From Chrysomallon squamiferum (taxonomy: Eukaryota > Animalia > Mollusca), in the NCBI GenBank assembly GCA_012295275.1, contig CM022672.1, forward strand, positions 8,122,001-8,186,000: a DNA stretch of 64,000 nt, in the 5' to 3' direction. This document shows positions 14,059 to 26,605 of this stretch, in pieces (the first letter of the stretch is position 1; each line of letters starts with the position of its first letter). The notes beneath the pieces are model-generated. The model was not told where the DNA came from, ran no database searches, and saw only the letters and a list, made by a program, of their open reading frames with translations. The position numbers and the translations under genes were made by a program.

Positions 14059-15373
14059 ATCTCTATCTATTTTTCTCTCTGTATTTCTGTATGTTCATGT
14101 CTCTCTCCTCTCTCCCTTTCCGTTTTTCTCGCTGTCTTTCCTTCTTTGTTTTAGCATTAAGTAAAAAGAAAGTTAAAGAATGGTTCAAATTAAATAAGGC
14201 GCCATGTTGCGGTGGAGTAAGTACATTGCATGTGGTACGTCTTCATTCTGAAAATATCAAGGGAGAAGCATTTTACATGAATAACTTCTGAAATATTTGT
14301 TCCTTTTTTATTTGGCTTTAATAATATTCTAGCTATGCTACACTGTAAAAAATGGGAATATATTAACGTCGAGTATGAACACTGGATCCAGTAAAGCTAC
14401 GCAAAGGTGTAACGGAATTCCCAAACATCAAGTTGTACAAGCAGAGAAATGTCATGTTCTGATGTTTTTAAAGACTGTGTTCACACTGCTGTACACGTTC
14501 TGGTTACAGATTACAACTGACGTGTCAGCACTACACACAGAATATTTCTCTGCATTAATTCAAACCCAGTTATGTGAAACAATATGATCTGAATTATAAT
14601 GAAGTCATAAAAACAATCTCAGTTCCTTTGCGGACAGATTTGAATGCGCTTATTAATTCTATACGGTGTCAATGCAGATAATCTCCTCAGAGGTGAACAG
14701 CCTTATTCTTCTTCGTATACAATAACAGTTTATCTTGTGTGTGAATCTGTGTACATTATCAACTCGTTCACAAAACTGATCTGCGATGTCCTCTGTAATA
14801 CACGTAGTTGGACTGTATTTTATCTGTGTACATGTATGCGACAGTTTTCAGTGTCAGTTTTGCAGTTTGTATGTAAAACAGACTGTTATAGCCGTCTGCT
14901 CTAGAGGCTAGGGGTCTTATCTAGCCTCACTGAATGGAAAACAAGTATTCTGTTTACAATAATTATATAATGAAATGAAGTAAACCTGGGATCTGATTGA
15001 AATTTTCGTATTATGACATATCCCCAGGCTGCCTGTTACACGGCAACGAAAGTAATACTGAAAAAACGGGACTGATAAGTGTATGCCTGGTTAGAACTAA
15101 ATATCCGTACAGTTTAAATAATGTTTATTTGGATTTTTGGGGTGAACAAGAGCGAAAGTGAATATAGGCCCTTCCTTTCATTTTAAAATAAATACGCAGA
15201 TGCTTAGTGTACAGTACAGTTTATTGATAATTTCTTTATTATTTTAAAATAACGACGATGATGATGATGATAATAATAATAATGAATAATGACACAGCAG
15301 AAGAATTTTTATATTCAAGTGATAAATATTTCGTTAATGAACTACGTTAGACAGTTATGTGCACATCTTTTTC

Positions 15374-15565
15374 TTTAAATCGGCACATTTATCTTACACT
15401 GCATACTTCACAAATAATGAAGATATTTGCACTATTTTTTTAACAACAACAAAACAAAACAAAAAAAAGAAGAAGAAGAAAAAAAAACAGTGTTATAATA
15501 ATTTTTAAAAATAAATTGAAATCAGGAGCTGAAAGAAAGGAAACAATATTTGTGATAGATTTTCT
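15374..15565 (+). repeat. ~190-bp direct repeat, copy 2
   Basis: Same orientation and end points as 12779-12970, 2595 bp downstream. Confidence 0.95.
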
Positions 15566-17694
15566 GCTTTAACCCTTTAATTCCTAACAAGCTGTCACGT
15601 GTCGGTAATGATGTTACTCATTTCATCTTTGTAATTCAAATCTTATAAATATATAATTAATTATGGTAAAATTTTATGGTAAAATTTACTTCTACGCCAG
15701 TAAAGAACTTGGATTAGCTTCACGGAAGATTATGAAATAAGAACTTAGCTACAGCTAAAAACCCAAGTAGATGACGTAATACTAATACAACCAATCAGAA
15801 ACAAGTTTATAAATATACTGGATGGGTATCTATTTGAAACACATGAAGCATGTTTCTTGTTAATTCTTGAAAATCGTAAACATGCAAGAATTTTCTTTGA
15901 TTTGTAATCGGGATGCGTCTGCCTGACATTATTATTATTTTTTTTTTTTTTTTGGTAATGAGCAATTACGTAAGTGTGGAACTGGCGCGGTTCATTGACG
16001 TCAAGTGCTGATTGTAGACTGATTCCCAGTACTTGATACTGTCTAGCTAGGAGTTACCAGGAAGTGTAGTGTTGCGTTAGTTGTTCAGTCTCGTGTTTAA
16101 AGAAAATCTCCAGGTTATCGAGTGTAAGGTTTTTTCTATAAATAACAACAAAGTGTCAGTGTCTGACTGAAAAACTAATTTGAAATAAAAAATAAATAAA
16201 TAAATAAAAATAAAAAAGAGAGAAAAATTTAGGAAAAAGGAAAGAAAGAATGCAAACCTATGATACATCATAGCAGTAATATTATTTGTAATAATAAGGT
16301 TGACGGCTACAAAACATTTATTTACACTTTTCAAAAATTTGACTTTTCCTGTTTTACTTTATTTTCACAGAACAAGCAAGAGGAAATTTTTGCTGTGTCC
16401 AGTACTTAAACACAAAAATCATATACATTTGTATAATTTAATTAAATATGATATCATTATCGATATACAAGTAATACTATACATTTAATATAATTGGATG
16501 CACGTAATAATATTAAAATGTTGCCCGAGTATTCCGTTAAGTCAAATCAGCTAATCTGATATATATATACAACACTTGACAAGGGTTGAGAGTAAGTCAC
16601 TAGTGACATGATTTAGCAATTTGTGAACGCCAGGCAGTTGGCGGGTCATCGTGATCGATGGAGTATCTCAGGGTACACATTCCTGTCTGATCGCTTGGAA
16701 ATTATCTTCTCATATTTACCTCACAGCCTGGCCCTTGATCAAAGAAACCAGAAGCAGTTTCCTAATTAAACGAATTTCCATGTTTTCGATTTTAACTAAG
16801 TAAATATAAATATTGATATTTCCATATGTCATCAGTGCGATCCTGTGAACGTGTATGTATGTATACAGCAATGAATGTTATACAAACACTGCAGAGCAAA
16901 AAACAAATTCACGAAATTATTGATGAAGTGGAACGTGACGCAGATAACGACTGCCTCGACCGAGAGAGTACGGAGGGAGGGGCAGTTACCGTGGGAGGGT
17001 AGCACATGGAGGAGGGATATCGGTGAGTGAAAATAATACGTGGGGGGCGACAAAAGGGGTAGGTTTAACTTTAACACATGGGACTGTTAACATTTATTTA
17101 TCTCTAAGAAAACAGTTTCAGACTTTGACTTTTGTCAGTTACTGGCATCAGTCTTTATTGGATTTCAAACTACACGATCCTCAGCTTGTTCCTGTTCCAA
17201 ACTAGGCTCTTCAGTTTGCTTTTCAGGCAATTATAACCGCAGATTTTTACTATATAGAATGGTTTATTCCCGATTATGGCATTCCCGAATCTGGCAGTGA
17301 GGTTATAACACATCTAAATCTGGCAATTTACTGCTCACCCTTACTAATTGCAGTTCCGTCACCTTAATTGATGTACTTTTGTCTAAATTGGTAGTATTTC
17401 CTGTCTCCAAATTTTACTGAGATAGAACATTAATTTCATGTCTCCAAACATTAATTTTCTTGCAATCTCTATTCCGGCTCACCTCTTCTCTTCACTGCTC
17501 ATTAAGGTTAATCTCGTTAATTGCCCCCCTCAGTTCTTCACACATCTTGTTATCCCCATGACTCTAAATTGGCCTTAATTGCTCACGCCAGTTTTCCCAT
17601 TTCTGGAAGCGGATTATAACACCTCACCGATTACCTAATCTGGAGACTGCCGATATAATGGCGACATTTAGTTTCTCTTTTACAAAGCTATTAA

Positions 17695-17716
17695 TACATA
17701 TATACATACATACACA

Positions 17717-17755
<39 letters not shown>

Positions 17756-17800
17756 ACATACATACACACACACACACACATACACACATACATACATACA

Positions 17801-17832
<32 letters not shown>

Positions 17833-17875
17833 GGTGTGTATGTGTATATAAACACACACACATATATATATATAT
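17695..17875. repeat. Compound (CA)n/(TACA)n/(TA)n microsatellite
   Basis: Directly visible. Confidence 0.95.
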
Positions 17876-17992
17876 CTCATGTTAATACTAATTAATATTA
17901 ACATGCGTTCAGTTAAATATTCATTCATCCAACAACCTTATTTTTTTATTATTATCATCCAGAATTACCGATCTCTTTCCCTTCAGAAACCT

Positions 17993-18027
17993 TGACCCAG
18001 TTTACTGACCTACATTTCAGCCAATCA
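17993..18027 (-). promoter_or_regulatory. Tandem pair of ROR/Rev-erb (HR3/E75-type) response elements with an adjacent CCAAT box
   Basis: The minus strand reads AATGTAGGTCA-GT-AAACTGGGTCA (18016-18006 and 18003-17993); both fit the consensus WAWNTRGGTCA. AGCCAATCA is at 18019-18027 on the plus strand. Confidence 0.55.
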
Positions 18028-18170
18028 AATTACGTATTTTAGGAAAAAAAGCAAGAGCTGAATGACTAGAACACTAAGAGTTTATTAATGGTGGTAATTT
18101 TCAAATTGACGTTTATCGACAGCAGTTTAATGAGGACAGAACTCGGGAGTCTGCCGGTCAGCGAGAGGTC

Positions 18171-18205
18171 GGGCCGGGCCGACAGGGGGGGTTGACGGGG
18201 TCGGG
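18171..18205 (+). other. Canonical G-quadruplex motif
   Basis: GGG-CC-GGG-CCGACA-GGGGGGG-TTGAC-GGGG-TC-GGG: five G-tracts of at least 3 G, with loops of 2-6 nt. Confidence 0.7.
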
Positions 18206-18348
18206 ACGTACAAGTTAAAGTCTATAATACATCAAAAGACCCCTGACTTCATCAACCTCTGTCTCTTCATCACCAGCTGACGTCTTCTCCGCCGCGACCA
18301 GCAGTGCCAAATAAATCACAACGCCATTATATATGAGAGAGAGAGAGA

Positions 18349-18350
<2 letters not shown>

Positions 18351-18413
<63 letters not shown>
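18351..18413. repeat. (GT)n microsatellite
   Basis: Directly visible. Confidence 0.97.
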
Positions 18414-18417
<4 letters not shown>

Positions 18418-18644
18418 ACAAATCATTGTATAGGCTGTTTACACGTGTAGCAAATTACTATTTCCTGGTGATACAACATTAAAAGTGTAATATGGAAATA
18501 TAACTTTTTGTTATCGCTCAGTTTTCTAAATACTGATATTCATCACTCTTAATTTTTCACGCGTGTTGTTACCTTAAACGTTAAGCATAAGGAGCCGGTT
18601 TTTTTTTTTTTTTTTTACTTAATTCCTTTTGCCTGACATTAACG

Positions 18645-18662
18645 CAGTTTCCATGGAAACTG
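18645..18662. promoter_or_regulatory. Perfect palindromic RFX X-box
   Basis: CAGTTTCCATGGAAACTG is an 18-bp perfect palindrome whose core GTTTCCATGGAAAC fits the RFX consensus. Confidence 0.55.
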
Positions 18663-18718
18663 TAAAGCTGACGGCGAAGCAAAGCGTTAGAACGTCAGAA
18701 ATTAAGCAATCTGTTGTG

Positions 18719-18728
18719 CTATTTATAG
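18719..18728. promoter_or_regulatory. MEF2 consensus site
   Basis: CTATTTATAG matches CTA(A/T)4TAG; a second match, CTATAAATAG, is at 22194-22203. Confidence 0.35.
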
Positions 18729-19401
18729 CATCGTTTCCGCATCACAAATTCAATTTAGCATCTACGTTACGTGGCGTCATCAATGAACGGAGAGTTTGAA
18801 AAATGGTCACCGTGAAAGCGCCTCTGCAGATTGATGGCGGACTGTGAGGTTCAATTACTGCTCTCCGTCCACTGCTGACCGGTCAGGCGATGCAAGACGT
18901 TGAGTCCACGGGGAATGGGGGGGGGACAAGGGATGGCCCTCAACTCAGTCTGGTGATCCGTGAGACAAAAGCCGATAACATCAATAAGCTGTTACTTTAC
19001 CGAGATTGATAGCTTTACGTGAGTGCGAGATACCCAGCTAAAGTGACCGCAGCTAAATGTGAACGTAACACCAGTCTCACAGGCCAGACACAACGCAAGG
19101 AGCTGGGATCGCCTCTCGGGAAAGTCTGCTGGCAGCGACTGTTTTGGTTAGTTCAAGATGACTAACGTGCTAAAACACAGGCAGACACGTGTTTGACTAA
19201 ACAAGACAGATATATCTGAAACTGTCAGCGGATGTTAACATGTACTGATTGATAGGGGATGTCAGGATAATAATTAGCTGTTCAGACTGAGTTTTGACAA
19301 GACATTCAATCAACGGATCATTTCACGCGTGCTTTACTCCACACTCTCCAGGCTGAGGCAAATATTTCTTGGGCAGACGTTGTGTACCAAGCCAAGACGA
19401 G

Positions 19402-19434
<33 letters not shown>

Positions 19435-19661
19435 GTATGCGTATATGAGAGAAATCGATAGAAGTCAGTGACATGCAGTGATACGTTTTAGCATGCACTG
19501 CTGTTGACAGGTGACATAACACATCATGACTGAATGTCGTGTACCAGTCACTTATTAATGTTTCTAATAGTCTTACACAGCGCGTGTTGTGTGCAGTAGA
19601 GTGAATCTGTGTCTGTGTTTGCGTGAGTATATATGTTTGCTTGTTTTTATTGCTTAGTGTA

Positions 19662-19778
<117 letters not shown>

Positions 19779-20746
19779 ATGTATGTGTTATTTATTTTAT
19801 ATTGGATTTTTAATCTTTTATCATTACTGGGGTTTTTTTAGGGTGGTGGTTAATTTCTTATTATCATCATCATCATCATCATCATCATTATTAGCGTTGT
19901 TGTCATTGTTGCATTTTGCCTTATATGATTTAGACTTCTTGACGGGCGATAGCATACAGGATCGATACCTGTGTATTGAGTAATAAATTATTCCTCGTTA
20001 TAAGCACAGCACACAGTGTCTGACACAACCGTATTCTTCAGTTAGTGATTATTTAACAAGAGAACAGAGATTTTACAAACTGTTTGCTTTACACGTTTAC
20101 TTATCACAGTTTACTGTGAACAGAATTGATTTTCACTTACCTCTGCTTCGTCGATTTTTAACACAAGTATGTTACCTGTAAGAATTCGGAATCCTTTTAA
20201 AAGAAGAAGAATAGACACAACATGTATGCAAGAACGAATGAATCAAGGAAAGACTGAGAGATATATTAAACATATTTGTTTTAAGAGAGAAAGAATCGAG
20301 AGAATAAAGAATGAGGGAAGGAACAAAAATTAGAGGCTCGTATACTTGTCGTATAAGACACAAAGACACACAGACACACAGGCACAGAAATATTGTGTTA
20401 AAATAATTAATGATAAATTTATTGACATACATACATACGTAACATTTTGAAATATATACAGTTATACACACATATATAGGTAGCCATATTCGTACTTTTG
20501 TATACATAATATAATACACTACATATACGCATATGCATTCACTAACACACTCACACATATTTTTATTATTCAGCACTTCTGGTGCTATGCTGAAACGTTA
20601 CTGCACTGAACTGCTCTGATACGTCGCTGCAGGTTTTAGGACGTAAAAAAGAAAAGACAAATGAATTTCTTTTATTTTCAATTAAAACGACTTGCGAGGA
20701 TTAACGATACATGGACATCATCGTGACTGGCATATGGCTTCATTTG

Positions 20747-20800
20747 ACGAGGTCACTGAACGGACAAAGCTTTGACCGTTTGGAGTGACCGGCACCTCGT
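20747..20800. other. Imperfect 54-nt inverted repeat / hairpin
   Basis: GGTCACT pairs with AGTGACC, GAACGG with CCGTTT, and the centre CAAAGCTTTG is self-complementary; the outer ACGAG pairs with CTCGT. Confidence 0.7.
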
Positions 20801-22356
20801 TCTCGCTAATATGGAGCAATAACATTTTACTACACTTTATGCAGTATGTCATTACCTTCCCCAGTTCGTTGTCAGATGTCTTTATGTCAATACAAATGAA
20901 CACAGACAGATACGCCATTTGTGGTCGTTATCAACACCTTATTAAAATTGCATTGATACAGTAGCACTAGACTTGTAATTTTGTGTTCACGTTCTGGTAT
21001 CTGCTTTCATTTTGTAATTAATGAAATTTCATAACGACAAAATAGTTAGTGATTATTTAATCATCATAAAAAAAAAAAAAATTACATTAGTATGGCTGTG
21101 AGATTCTAGGATAGAGACTTGCTACCAGCAGTCGGCATTTGATTAATACATTAATGAAACTTGTTGTCTATTATATCTTTCTAATTATTAACACCTTATT
21201 TTAATAATACACTTTCATTTGTGCAAAACAGAGGAATTCTGAAATCGCTACCTTTAGTTAATAAGTAAGATTTCATGACGTCATTTTGGTAATAATTTAC
21301 ATTGTTACTCGGACATCTTGTCAGTTAGTGGTAAAGTGTCACAGTTCTTGGATTGGTCACATAAACCTGTCCAGAGTTTAGTAGAAAGTTGTAACAAGAA
21401 TATTGTTTAGTCCTTAATCACCACTTACAGTACTGACAGAGTTGTAGGCTGGTCAAGATTCCAATCTTCTGAGTGGTAGGTAGAGAGATCGAATCCAAAC
21501 AGCGGCTGATGCTATATTTAACTGATGGGTTGAAAGATATTTTTTGTTAATTGTTATGACACTTCATTTTAATCATCTCTAGGCTTAATACAGACTTTCT
21601 GGAACAGGAAATAAGGACTGAATCTGCTGTTTGTCAGATGTCAGACGAGATTTTTGTGGTTGAGATTTATTATTATTATTTTATATATAGATATAAAGTG
21701 TCTGGTATAAATTTTACTTTTATTTTTCTCACTTTAAAACGATTTGGAAAGAAGCTAATTTCTGCATTCAAGTAGCCGAAACGAAGTGCTAGCTGGTTGT
21801 TTACTGTTATCATTCCTGCAAATTGCTCATTTGAACAGACTCGTTATAAATTGATCACGTGACGGCAACATCATTAATTTAATCCAAGTGTAAAATACTT
21901 CAAAGTGATTTCAAGTCACTGCGAAACATATATTAGGTATTATTATTTTTATTTTTTTTTTTTTTTCAAGACGTTTTAAATCTGAATACTATAAAGGCAG
22001 CTGTATCTTATTTTTACGTTTGAAATGAGGCAGATTTCTAGACACACCTGTCAGGAGGACATCAAAGAGATTCGCCGAGTCAGCAGAGCGAAAAAAAAAA
22101 AAGAAGAAAGAACAGATAAAACAAAGCCAGGAAAATACTATTAGTGCGAGTGTAATATAAATCAGATTTTACTTATCTAAATAATTTGCGTTGCTATAAA
22201 TAGAAACTAGATTTTAAATCTGTACAAAATCTCTACACTGTGTTATCAGTAGCTGTTATGGAAACAAACTCTATATGTAATTTTCTGTGTGGAATTTTCT
22301 TTCTTTCTTTCTTTCCTAATTTAAAAAAAAATTTAAAAAAATTATTGTTGTTGTTG

Positions 22357-22421
<65 letters not shown>

Positions 22422-22910
22422 CCCTGGATTTTCTAATTAATAATAATCAATAAATCTAGATTTAAAAAAAAAAAAAAAAATCCTGTCTAACAATAGAATT
22501 TGTACAACAACAAACACAGTACGGGTTTTGTCCTGAAACAAAGCGTACAGATTATGAAAATAATGATAAATAGATTGTGAGAAATGCTGATGAAGAAAAG
22601 ATCATTTCAGCTGAACTCACCTCTTCCTTTACAGAAAGCTGGTATTCACTTTTCTGTTGTACCGAACATATTGTCATTTGTTATTATTTTACGTCACAAA
22701 AGATCTTTACTCAAATATAGAAGAAATATTACTTACTGTAATTCAAATTAAATTGTACTAGATATTCGTATCACTATTAGATTAGTGTATTACTCATAAA
22801 TTTCTATCTAATAACAGATTTACTGAAAAAGTTCCTTTATCTAAATAAACTGAATATATGGATTACTTGAGTTTTGATGAAAGAAAAATGAATGTTTTGC
22901 CTGTATTTTG

Positions 22911-22944
<34 letters not shown>

Positions 22945-23110
22945 AGTGTGTGTGAGTGTGTGTGTGTATGTGTGTATGAATCTATATTTATCATTCTATC
23001 TATTTGCCTACCTACCTATCTATCTATCTATCTCTCTGTATATGTCTGTCTGTCTATCTATCTATCTATCTATATCTATATCTATATCTATATATATATA
23101 TGTATATATA

Positions 23111-23574
23111 TTTTCGTGCTGGGGTTAAACATTCATTCATTCATTCATGCATTTATGTTCGTGCATGAATTTACATTGTGGGTTCGTTCGTAGGCACCAA
23201 CCTGTATTTTTGCACCAGACATATTTCTATCTATCTATCTAGCTAGCTAAATAAATAAAGGTAATAGATTGAATAGATAAAAATAGATAGATAGATACAG
23301 ATATATATTGTTAAATATTTAACACGAAGGTTGGTTGTTGTAATTATACGTTTTTTCTAAACAGTGAATATTAAATTAGGCTGTCTGTAAAGTCGTTTTA
23401 AAATCACATGATTATAATTGTGTAAGTCAGTTCTGTACGTATAGCTGAAAGGATAAAGAAATACATATTTAACAATACTTCCCAAGCAGTTCATTCAGTC
23501 CATTATTAAGTGTCAAATTACATTTTTTTTTTAAAAGAGAAAACAATGTGATAAAGATAAAATAACAACAACTA

Positions 23575-23641
<67 letters not shown>

Positions 23642-23655
23642 AATAAATAAAAAAA

Positions 23656-23686
<31 letters not shown>

Positions 23687-24336
23687 AATAAAATAAAATA
23701 AAAAAATCTCCTGTGACACTCCTCGAAACTGCTAATACGCAATGTTTTCTTAACATCTGTTTTAAATTGCCTCGTTTTAAATCTAAAGCTTCAATTGTTT
23801 TGGTTTCGCGAGTGTTCAAAGTCGATAAATTCACGCCTTGGATCACACTTATTACACGCCTCGTGTTTGGATACGACTGGAAAAAAATAATTTCTTACTT
23901 TTCTTCCCCAGTAAATAGAACCGAGTGAAATGTAAACCACTTAAACACGTGGGAAATGTTGCTGATCACGTGTAACTAGACGCCAAAATCGAATTCGTAT
24001 TTTTTTTTTTTTTTTTTTTTTAAATAGATTTCTTCTTTTATTTATTTTTTTTAATTTTTTTTTTATTTATTTTTTTTTTATATAGTTTTCTTCAAGCGAC
24101 AAATGAAAATTTAAAAGGTTTCATTTTATGTTTCATATCAACATGAAAATTTAAATAATAATAATAATAATAATAATCATAATGTGAGAATAACGAATAA
24201 ACAGAAAAAATTCAAATCATCAAATGATGCTGCTCGGGCGCCTACTACCACTACAAGTACTACTACTACTGCGATCACTAAAACTATCACTATCATCAGC
24301 ACCAGTACTACTACAACAACCACGATCCACGATCGG

Positions 24337-24380
<44 letters not shown>

Positions 24381-24630
24381 TCAGTACCAGTACAACAACT
24401 AAATAATAATATATCAGCTGATGGTTTCGATCCAAGGACGGTTCCAGGATTTCAGAAATGTGAGGACATGTATCATTAAATACGTGTAATGTTCAAAATG
24501 AAATTAGTTTCGTTATAAAGAAAAAAGTCTGAGGTGAAAAACAGGTTGGTGCCTACGACTGGCCACAGTGTAAATTCACGCACCAACATAACTGAATGAA
24601 TGAATGTTTAGCGACACCCCAGGACACAAA
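23111..24630. mobile_element. Inverted pair of a ~95-bp repeat (arms 23111-23205 and 24541-24630); possible MITE/fold-back element or two opposed copies of a dispersed repeat
   Basis: TCGTAGGCACCAACCTGT (23188-23205) is the exact reverse complement of ACAGGTTGGTGCCTACGA (24541-24558). Similarity continues through GTAAATTCA.GCAC, (TGAA)n TGTTTA and CCCCAG. Both outer ends abut (TA)n. Confidence 0.7.
23575..23707. repeat. (TAA)n/(TAAA)n microsatellite
   Basis: Directly visible. Confidence 0.95.
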
Positions 24631-25501
24631 AAAAAAAAATATATATATATATATATATTATGTCAAACAAAGTTAAATATAACAAAACGGAACATAACAT
24701 CCTTTTGTGTATATTTACTATTTAAAATATTATTATAATACTTTAGTCTTATTATCTATTCAGTTCAGACTCTTTTTTCATTCTATTTCCTTTTTTTTAT
24801 ATATATATATAGCTCACTATCACTAAAAAGGTTTTTTAAAAAAAAATGTCAATAAAACCCAATTAAACAAAATCGATTTTAAGTAATTTGAGAACCTACT
24901 GACTACTCAAAAATACACACAATCTTACTGCAAACATCTACAAGTTTGCTAATATCGGACAAATTAATAAATCGATGTATATTTCTGAGTTTAAGCACTT
25001 CCCATAATAATCATATCTATGTCGCAGACATTGCATGTAATACAAGATTTGTTATATAGGCGAGATATTTATTTCTTAACCGTGTCTGGTTATTGATTTG
25101 GCATTAACACGGGTTTGGGGTGAATATTGACTTCATCATTGTTGTGTTAAAAATCCATTACTACGTTCTTTTCTCAGCTTAGAAAGAAAACAAAGTTTGT
25201 GTTAACTAAACCAACTTAAAAGAAAAAAGAAAGAAAAGAAAAAACCAAAGAAAAAACCCAAAAACAACACAGCGCCAATCAGGTCGCAGTTTACTCCCGC
25301 AGAACAACGCAAACTAGTCACGTGACACAAGATAAATAAACAACTGATTGTTTCTACAGTAAACGGAGAGGCTTGATTTATATTTTTTTATATTTGTTCA
25401 TCTTATATAATACGTGTTACATGTAACGTGAGATTTCAGCAATCTGTGACAGGCTGTTTTGACATCATAGTTCATTCTTTGTTTATAATTATTTTACAGA
25501 C

Positions 25502-25586
<85 letters not shown>

Positions 25587-26194
25587 TATATACACACATA
25601 TTTACTTATATGTATGTGTACATGTGTCTGTGAGTGTGTTTGTGTGTGTGTGTGAGATAGTGTCTGCCCGATTTTCAATCTATCCACATACTTAACTATT
25701 CACCTAAGTACCTAATTGCATACCTCTCGTCATCTTTGTTTTCGTCAAACACAGACAACCGAAAACTCAGACATGCAGACTGAAAACAGTGTGTCTTTAT
25801 GTACTACTAATGTCTGTCTGACTTTCTGGCTTTCTGCGTTTGTGTCTTTCAGTCTGTTTTTCTGTCTGTAAGAAAAGTACCTCTGTCTGATCTGTGTTCT
25901 CTAAGTACCTGGTGATAACTGACTAGGTGTTTCGCGCACTCAACACGCGACACATTACTTACACTGCACAATGAACCTATTAGCAGCGCTCATTCCTGTG
26001 ACGTCCTGGCAAACGTTAAAAAGTGCTATCACTTAACGCCATTAAACGACGCGTACGTGACACTTAAATCTAGACGTGACCTTCACCTCCCGTGACTTTT
26101 CTGCTCAGGTCTACGTGGTCAATTTTCTAATGACGACAGATGACGCAGTTATCACAGTGATTACTCTGAGATGCAATATAGTACTTACACCAGC

Positions 26195-26201
<7 letters not shown>

Positions 26202-26275
<74 letters not shown>
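26202..26275. repeat. (CT)n microsatellite
   Basis: Directly visible. Confidence 0.98.
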
Positions 26276-26280
<5 letters not shown>

Positions 26281-26522
26281 ATCTTTATCTTTGTATACTG
26301 TTTCAGATCCTTTCTTTAACTTTAATTATGTGTGTCCATCTACATGTTCATCCATCCATCCAACCATTCATACATATATCTATCTATCTAGCTATCTATC
26401 TTTCTATCTATCTATAAATCTAAATCTATATATATATCGTCTGTCTGTCTGTCTGGGTGACTTTCTCTCTGTCTGTCTCGAAAGAACGAATATGTCATTT
26501 AAATTGAAATTGAAATAAACAA

Positions 26523-26559
<37 letters not shown>

Positions 26560-26562
26560 TAA

Positions 26563-26605
<43 letters not shown>

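Noticed and set aside
14904-14928. GAGGCTAG...CTAGCCTC stem-loop
   Set aside because: An 8-bp stem with a 9-nt loop is expected by chance in 64 kb.
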